A stretch of DNA of 64,000 bases, taken from positions 3,626-67,625 of the IMG/VR virus record IMGVR_UViG_3300049988_000034, one strand, 5' to 3'. Every line of letters begins with the position of its first letter. Position 1 is the first letter of the stretch. The DNA comes from a virus. The notes beneath the pieces are model-generated. The model made no database searches. It had not been told where the DNA came from and was given only the letters and a program-made list of their open reading frames with translations. The position numbers and the translations under genes were made by a program. Of the stretch, positions 59,179 to 64,000 are shown piece by piece.

Positions 59179-60041
59179 CTATCGAAGCCACTGTAATTGC
59201 CGACAGCATCTCGGACGGCAACCGATTGACCACGCTGCAACTGCGCTATCCGCGCTTCATCCATGCCGAGTTCATGACGCACCGTATGTTCTCGCGTAAC
59301 GCGAGTAGTTCGCGTGCAATTCCGGTCGAAAGGATGATTGAAGACCTGAAGCGCGACCCCGCAACGCCGGTCTATTGGGGTGGTGCGCAGAAGGGTATGC
59401 AGGCCGGCGCCGAGTTGATCGGCAACGAACTCGCGTCGGCCAAGTGGCAGTGGTCGAATGCCATGTACCAGGCGATCCGCTCCGCGGAGATTATGATGGA
59501 GGCTGGCCTCCACAAACAAATCGCGAACCGCATCCTGGAGCCGTGGGCGCATATCAACGTGATCGTGACGGCGACCGATTGGGACAACTTTTTCGCGCTC
59601 CGCCGGCACCCCGACGCGCAGCCGGAGATCAAGGCGCTGGCCGATCGCATGCACGAGGCGATGGAGCGCTCCGTGCCCGACTTCCTCCTCCCCGGTGAAT
59701 GGCACCTGCCGTACACCGGGTTCGATACGAACGACCGCCTGCACGGCGACTTCCTGTTGTCCGACGAGGACCAGCGCAAGGTGTCGGTCGCGCGGTGCGC
59801 GCGGGTGTCGTACATGACCCACGACGGCAAGCGGCCCACGGTCGAGGCCGACATCGCCCTTCACGACAAGCTGGTGGGCGCCGTCCCGCTGCATGCGAGC
59901 CCGGCGGAACACCAGGCGACGCCGGATAGCCGGTATTCGTCCGGCATGGGCAATGGCCGATGGAAGCACGAACACGAACACGGCAACCTGCGCGGCTGGC
60001 GCCAGTACCGCAAGCAACTGGAGGCGACCGTTGGCGCGTGA
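59175..60041 (+). CDS. thyX: Flavin-dependent thymidylate synthase (ThyX/Thy1-like)
   Basis: THRMFSRNASSSRA motif, HKQ.ANR.LEP, AQPEI, SVARCARVSY, HASP.EH. Confidence 0.88.
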   Translation: MTIEATVIADSISDGNRLTTLQLRYPRFIHAEFMTHRMFSRNASSSRAIPVERMIEDLKRDPATPVYWGGAQKGMQAGAELIGNELASAKWQWSNAMYQAIRSAEIMMEAGLHKQIANRILEPWAHINVIVTATDWDNFFALRRHPDAQPEIKALADRMHEAMERSVPDFLLPGEWHLPYTGFDTNDRLHGDFLLSDEDQRKVSVARCARVSYMTHDGKRPTVEADIALHDKLVGAVPLHASPAEHQATPDSRYSSGMGNGRWKHEHEHGNLRGWRQYRKQLEATVGA

Positions 60042-60305
60042 TGATCCGAACCGCGGCGGGGGCGACCAGTACCCCCGCAAACCGACCCCGGAGGAAATTG
60101 CCGCAATGGCGACCCTGTGCAGCTTCACCATATGGGCGGCGGAGGACAATGCGATGTATGGCGCGCGGCGGGCGCAGGAGGCGGTGGAAGCGGTTTGCGT
60201 CATCACCGGCCTGACGCCAGCGCAGGTGCGCAAGATCGCCATGCCAAGCGAATAATTGGAACCTGTCGCGGTGCGTGTGTGTTCTCCGTGCGAACGGAGA
60301 TCACC

Positions 60306-60620
60306 ATGAGCCTTTTACTCGCAACCGCCCGCGACCAGGGCACCAGCGCATTCATCTACGGCACGCCACGGTGCGCCAATCCCCATCTGCCTGACACCGC
60401 AGAGCATACCGGCTGGGATGGTGGATGGCGCCAAGCCGAAAGCATCACCACTCGCCTGAAGGCGCCGCTCAACCCGCGCTCGATTGCCGAGGAGGTGGAG
60501 CAACACCTGGAGGGCGGCGCCACGGTCCACGTCATTGCGAGCGGTCGCGTCGTGGCGACCTATGCGCCCGGCCCGCATGGCCCCGTGCGCCTCACCGATA
60601 CCGTAGCCCTGCAACATTGA
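60306..60620 (+). CDS. Hypothetical protein
   Basis: GGAG SD; G..AF..G.....NP......W..GW motif. Confidence 0.55.
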   Translation: MSLLLATARDQGTSAFIYGTPRCANPHLPDTAEHTGWDGGWRQAESITTRLKAPLNPRSIAEEVEQHLEGGATVHVIASGRVVATYAPGPHGPVRLTDTVALQH

Positions 60621-60627
60621 TGGCGTC

Positions 60628-60656
60628 TTGCGCCGTGGCACGGCACGGCGTATAGA
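60628..60656 (+). promoter_or_regulatory. Sigma70-like promoter of the capsid operon
   Basis: TTGCGC-17 nt-TATAGA. Confidence 0.5.
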
Positions 60657-60766
60657 CGGACAAACGCGCATCAACGCGCAATCTCGGGCACTGGTTCCAT
60701 ATCAGCAGCGCTCGGGCCTGATATGGAAGCCCCAAGGGGCATCCGCCAGCCCCGAGAGAGCAGCCC

Positions 60767-61162
60767 GTGGACGTGAACCTCACCTTCAAGATCGATAAGT
60801 CCAAGTCCGAGGGGCGCTATGTCTCCGGCTGGGCTTACGTCTGCGAGAAGGGTTCGAGCCGCGTAGCGGACTATTCCGGCGACACCGCCACCCTTTCCGA
60901 GATCACCAAGGCCATGCACGGGTTCATGCTCAACGCGCGCGTCGCGAAGCATGCCCATAGCGGCGACCAGATGGGCGACATCGTGGAGATGGTGATCGTG
61001 GACGACGACTTCGCCAAGGCGATCGGCGCCACCACCGACAAGCGCGGCGCCTGGATCAAGATGGAAGTCCACAACACCGACGTGCGCAAGGCCGTCGTCG
61101 AGGGCCGCCTTCGGATGTTCTCGATCGGTGGCTCCGGCAAGCGGAAGGCGATTGCGGCATGA
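60767..61162 (+). CDS. Prohead protease (XkdF-like)
   Basis: V.GWA.V, D..GD, H, W, G.L..FSIGG.G; upstream of scaffold and capsid. Confidence 0.8.
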   Translation: MDVNLTFKIDKSKSEGRYVSGWAYVCEKGSSRVADYSGDTATLSEITKAMHGFMLNARVAKHAHSGDQMGDIVEMVIVDDDFAKAIGATTDKRGAWIKMEVHNTDVRKAVVEGRLRMFSIGGSGKRKAIAA

Positions 61163-62010
61163 GCGGCGCGACCCACGAATTGACCGATATGGTCATCAAG
61201 GAAATCAGCCTCGTGTTCGAGGGTGACAACCCCGACGCACACGTATTGATCGCCAAGAGCCGCGACATTCCCGCGCCTGGCAGTATCAGCGCGCGCCTCG
61301 ACGCCATCGCGAAAGCGATCGAAGGCGCAGCCGCATTGGGGGGTTCAAGTTCGGAGGCCAGTGTTGCCGCCGATTTTCTCAAAAGCCTGGGGGGCAACAT
61401 GAACGACATCGAACAGAAGCTGGCAGACATCGAAAAGTCGCTTGGCGAAGTCACCAAGCGCGCGACCGACGCCGAAGCCGCATTGGTCACGATGACCAAG
61501 GAGCGCGACGACGCGCTGGGCGTGATCGCCAAGGCGAAGGGCGACACCGACACCGAGGAGGAAATGCTGAAGGGCCTTCCCGCCCCGATGCGCGCCATCC
61601 TCGAAAAGGCCCGCGGCGACGCCGCGCTGGCGACCGCCGCGGTCGAGAAGATGACCAAGGACCGCGAGACGGCCGAGAACATCACCAAGGCCCGCGAGAT
61701 CGGCATCGGTGATGCAGATGCCGTCGGCGGCCTGTTCTATCGCATCGCCAAGGGCGCCACGACCGGCGACGACGTTGGCGTTCTCGAAGGCATCCTGAAG
61801 ACCGCAGCCGCGGTGCAGGCGCCGTTGTTCCAGCCCGTCGGCCGATCGACCAAGATCGCCAAGTCGGGTGATGCTGGCGCGATGCTCCAGGTGAAGGCCG
61901 ACGAGATCAAAAAGTCGAAGCCGGAACTTTCGGATGCGCAGGCATACGAGAAGGCGCTCGACGCCAATCCGAAACTGTACGACGACTATCTGGCCTCGCG
62001 TCGGGGCTGA
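61159..62010 (+). CDS. Capsid scaffolding protein
   Basis: EISLV..G.NP.A...IAK N-terminus, coiled coil, many hydrophobic-x-K-(S/A) motifs. Confidence 0.75.
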   Translation: MSGATHELTDMVIKEISLVFEGDNPDAHVLIAKSRDIPAPGSISARLDAIAKAIEGAAALGGSSSEASVAADFLKSLGGNMNDIEQKLADIEKSLGEVTKRATDAEAALVTMTKERDDALGVIAKAKGDTDTEEEMLKGLPAPMRAILEKARGDAALATAAVEKMTKDRETAENITKAREIGIGDADAVGGLFYRIAKGATTGDDVGVLEGILKTAAAVQAPLFQPVGRSTKIAKSGDAGAMLQVKADEIKKSKPELSDAQAYEKALDANPKLYDDYLASRRG

Positions 62011-62093
62011 TAGTCAAAGCCACGATCGCGGGGGCGGTCGGGGTTCGGGGAATTAGGGGCAGGTAATCCTGCCCCTTCAGGGGGGACTACAAA

Positions 62094-62456
62094 ATGAGCT
62101 TTCAGAGCAACGGCACGGACATCGGCCACCAGCCGGCCGCGCAGGACTTGTCGGGGCACCAGTTCCGGTTCGTCAAGCTGACGCCGACCGGCTGGGCGCC
62201 GTGCGTCGCGGGCGATCGGCCCGGCGGCATCCTTCAGAACAAGCCGTCGGTCGCAGGTCGCGCAGCCATCGTTCGCATCCTTGGTGTGTCGAAGCTGCGC
62301 GCATCGGCGGCAATCACCGGCGGTGCCTATGTCGGCCCATCGGCAGACGGTCGCGGTGTCACCGTCACGGGCGCCACGCCCTACGGTGCGCAGGCAGTCG
62401 AGGGCGCCGGTGCAGAGAACGCGCTGATCGCGGTCAATCTGCGCGTCGCCGGCTAA
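62094..62456 (+). CDS. Head decoration / capsid cement protein (DUF2190-like)
   Basis: FRFVKL, GILQNKP, G.SK..A...I..G..V...ADGR. Confidence 0.7.
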   Translation: MSFQSNGTDIGHQPAAQDLSGHQFRFVKLTPTGWAPCVAGDRPGGILQNKPSVAGRAAIVRILGVSKLRASAAITGGAYVGPSADGRGVTVTGATPYGAQAVEGAGAENALIAVNLRVAG

Positions 62457-62514
62457 CGCCACAGTTGAAATAAAGGGGGTGGCGGGGGCCGCCCCCTAAT
62501 CGGGGGGAACTACA

Positions 62515-63504
62515 ATGCAGCCGACGCAGGGCGACGTTCATGTCAACACGCCGCTAACCAATCTTTCGATCGCGTTTCTTCAGAACGCAAACAACTTCAT
62601 CGCGTCGCGGGTTTTCCCGAACGTCCCGGTGCAGAAGCGGTCGGATCGTTACTTCACCTATGACCGCGGCCAGTTCAACCGCGACGAGATGCAGCTTCGC
62701 GCGGCGGGCGCGGAGAGCGCTGGCGGTGGCTATGACATCGACAGCACGCCGACGTACTACTGCCAGAAGTACGCGCTCCACAAGGACATCGACGACGACA
62801 CCCGCGCGAATGCGGATGCCGCGTTGAACCTCGATCGCGAGGCAATGGCCTGGCTGTCGCACAAGGCGCTTATCAAGCGCGAGAAGGCGTGGGTGGGTTC
62901 GTATTTCAACGCAGGTGCATGGTCCTTCGGCCGTGCGGGCGTCGCGAGCAACCCTGCCGTCGGCACTTCGGTGCTGAAGTGGTCCGATCCGGCTTCGACG
63001 CCGATCGAGGACGTGCGCAACGCGAAGCGCATCGTCCTGGAGAGCACGGGATACGAGCCGAACAAGCTGACGCTTGGCAAGGCCGTGTACGACATCCTCC
63101 TGGATCACCCGGACATCATCGACCGCCTGAAGTATGGCCAGACGGCCGGATCGCCCGCAATGGCGAACCGCGAACGCCTGGCGCAGCTTTTCGAGGTCGA
63201 CGAAATTCTGGTTTCGAGCGCCATCGAGAACACCTCGCAGGAGGGCCTGGCCAACGTCCATTCGTTCATCATGGGTAAGGGCGCGCTCCTCACCTATTCG
63301 CCGGCCGCTGCCGGCCTGATGACGCCTTCGGCGGGCTACACGTTCTCGTGGACCGGCCGCTACGGCAACGGTGCCGAGGGCAACCGCGTCAAGTCGTACC
63401 GGATGGAGAACCTCGACAGCGACCGCGTCGAGATCGAAATCTGCTTCGACATGAAGAAGGTCGCAGCCGACCTTGGTTTCTTCTTCGACGCCATCGTCGC
63501 CTAA
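62515..63504 (+). CDS. Major capsid protein
   Basis: 329 aa; LTNLSIA, FP.VPV.K, W.D..S.PI.D, PN.L.LG, HP.I; follows scaffold and decoration. Confidence 0.9.
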   Translation: MQPTQGDVHVNTPLTNLSIAFLQNANNFIASRVFPNVPVQKRSDRYFTYDRGQFNRDEMQLRAAGAESAGGGYDIDSTPTYYCQKYALHKDIDDDTRANADAALNLDREAMAWLSHKALIKREKAWVGSYFNAGAWSFGRAGVASNPAVGTSVLKWSDPASTPIEDVRNAKRIVLESTGYEPNKLTLGKAVYDILLDHPDIIDRLKYGQTAGSPAMANRERLAQLFEVDEILVSSAIENTSQEGLANVHSFIMGKGALLTYSPAAAGLMTPSAGYTFSWTGRYGNGAEGNRVKSYRMENLDSDRVEIEICFDMKKVAADLGFFFDAIVA

Positions 63505-63516
63505 CCAGCGACACGG

Positions 63517-63547
63517 TGCGGGGGCTACGTGCCCCCGCATTTTTCCC
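63517..63547 (+). terminator. Rho-independent terminator after the capsid gene
   Basis: TGCGGGGC-TACGT-GCCCCCGCA stem followed by TTTTT. Confidence 0.7.
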
Positions 63548-63570
63548 TATTCAAATCAGGATTATCGCCC

Positions 63571-64000
63571 ATGTCGCGCCTCGCTGTCCGCATCCCGTTC
63601 AATGTCTCCGGCCCCTTCGTGGCGCTGAAGCCCGGCACCGTCGGCGGTGTCCCGGTCGAGCACGGCGAGGTGATCGAGGCGCAGCGGATCGAGCATATCG
63701 GCGAACGCAAGCTGCGCCTGATGTTCGACGGGCGCTGGATCGACATGGCCAGCGACGAGCAGATCACCCTTGCCGGGTTGATCGCAGGCGGCCACCTGGA
63801 CCCCGTTGCCACGCTGGCGGATGAAGCGAGCCGCGACGCTATCGCAGTCGCCGGTGCGCCGGTCGAACCCGCACCCGCCGCGCCGCGCGCGCCGGAGCAG
63901 GAATTGCAGGTTTTCCCGATCGGTGACGGCGAAGTGCTCAACGGCACCAACCGCCTGCCCGCCATGGTTCTGATCGGCGAAAACGAGATGGCGCTTGGCC
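63571..64000 (+). CDS. Hypothetical protein after the capsid gene (3'-truncated)
   Basis: ATG at 63571, open to the window end. Confidence 0.55.
   Translation, partial: MSRLAVRIPFNVSGPFVALKPGTVGGVPVEHGEVIEAQRIEHIGERKLRLMFDGRWIDMASDEQITLAGLIAGGHLDPVATLADEASRDAIAVAGAPVEPAPAAPRAPEQELQVFPIGDGEVLNGTNRLPAMVLIGENEMALG

Noticed and set aside
12583-60041. DNA hypermodification pathway (dNMP kinase, ThyX, MazG-like, cupin)
   Set aside because: The genes are scattered, with no DNA polymerase, PurZ, queuosine-pathway or glycosyltransferase genes; consistent with ordinary nucleotide supply
525-63540. Many long antisense or alternate-frame ORFs (e.g. 525-2831 -, 26267-28075 +, 42741-44876 -, 51180-53312 -)
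   Set aside because: Shadow ORFs expected in high-GC DNA opposite well-supported genes; Arg/Ala/Gly-rich with no motifs
1-64000. CRISPR array, integrase/att site, IS element, DGR or retron reverse transcriptase
   Set aside because: No regularly spaced repeats and no recombinase, transposase or RT motifs were seen; lifestyle cannot be determined from this window

Overview
The window is most of a GC-rich tailed dsDNA phage genome (siphovirus-type tail), probably infecting an alphaproteobacterium: it carries MucR/Ros-like, NepR-like and CtrA-like genes. Gene order is: tail chaperones, tape measure and tail tip, spike (1-12.5 kb); dNMP kinase and lysis (12.6-15 kb); leftward recombination genes (Bet/RecT, YqaJ, VRR-NUC, DUF1643; 15-20.7 kb); rightward replication (DUF1376-type initiator, split T7-gp4/Twinkle-like primase-helicase; 21-24 kb); accessory genes and a ParB-methyltransferase (24-31.6 kb); terminase, portal and MuF (31.7-37 kb); a ~24 kb insert; then protease, scaffold, decoration and major capsid (60.8-63.5 kb). 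No integrase, rRNA, canonical tRNA or CRISPR array was seen. The most notable items are: (1) a ~1.7 kb ORF-poor, densely base-paired region (37.0-38.7 kb) that looks like a giant structured ncRNA, with a tRNA-shaped domain whose anticodon loop is replaced by 48 nt and a possible switch over the ssb RBS; (2) a ~1,680-aa polyvalent protein (2H phosphoesterase, NUDIX, kinase-like, ADP-ribosyltransferase) with possible prohead-protease sites; (3) candidate mimics of host regulators; (4) a GCCAAGCA leader motif at 12 mostly intergenic sites; (5) a secreted paralogue of the tail-spike beta-helix. All family assignments come from motif recognition by eye; no searches or folding were run.
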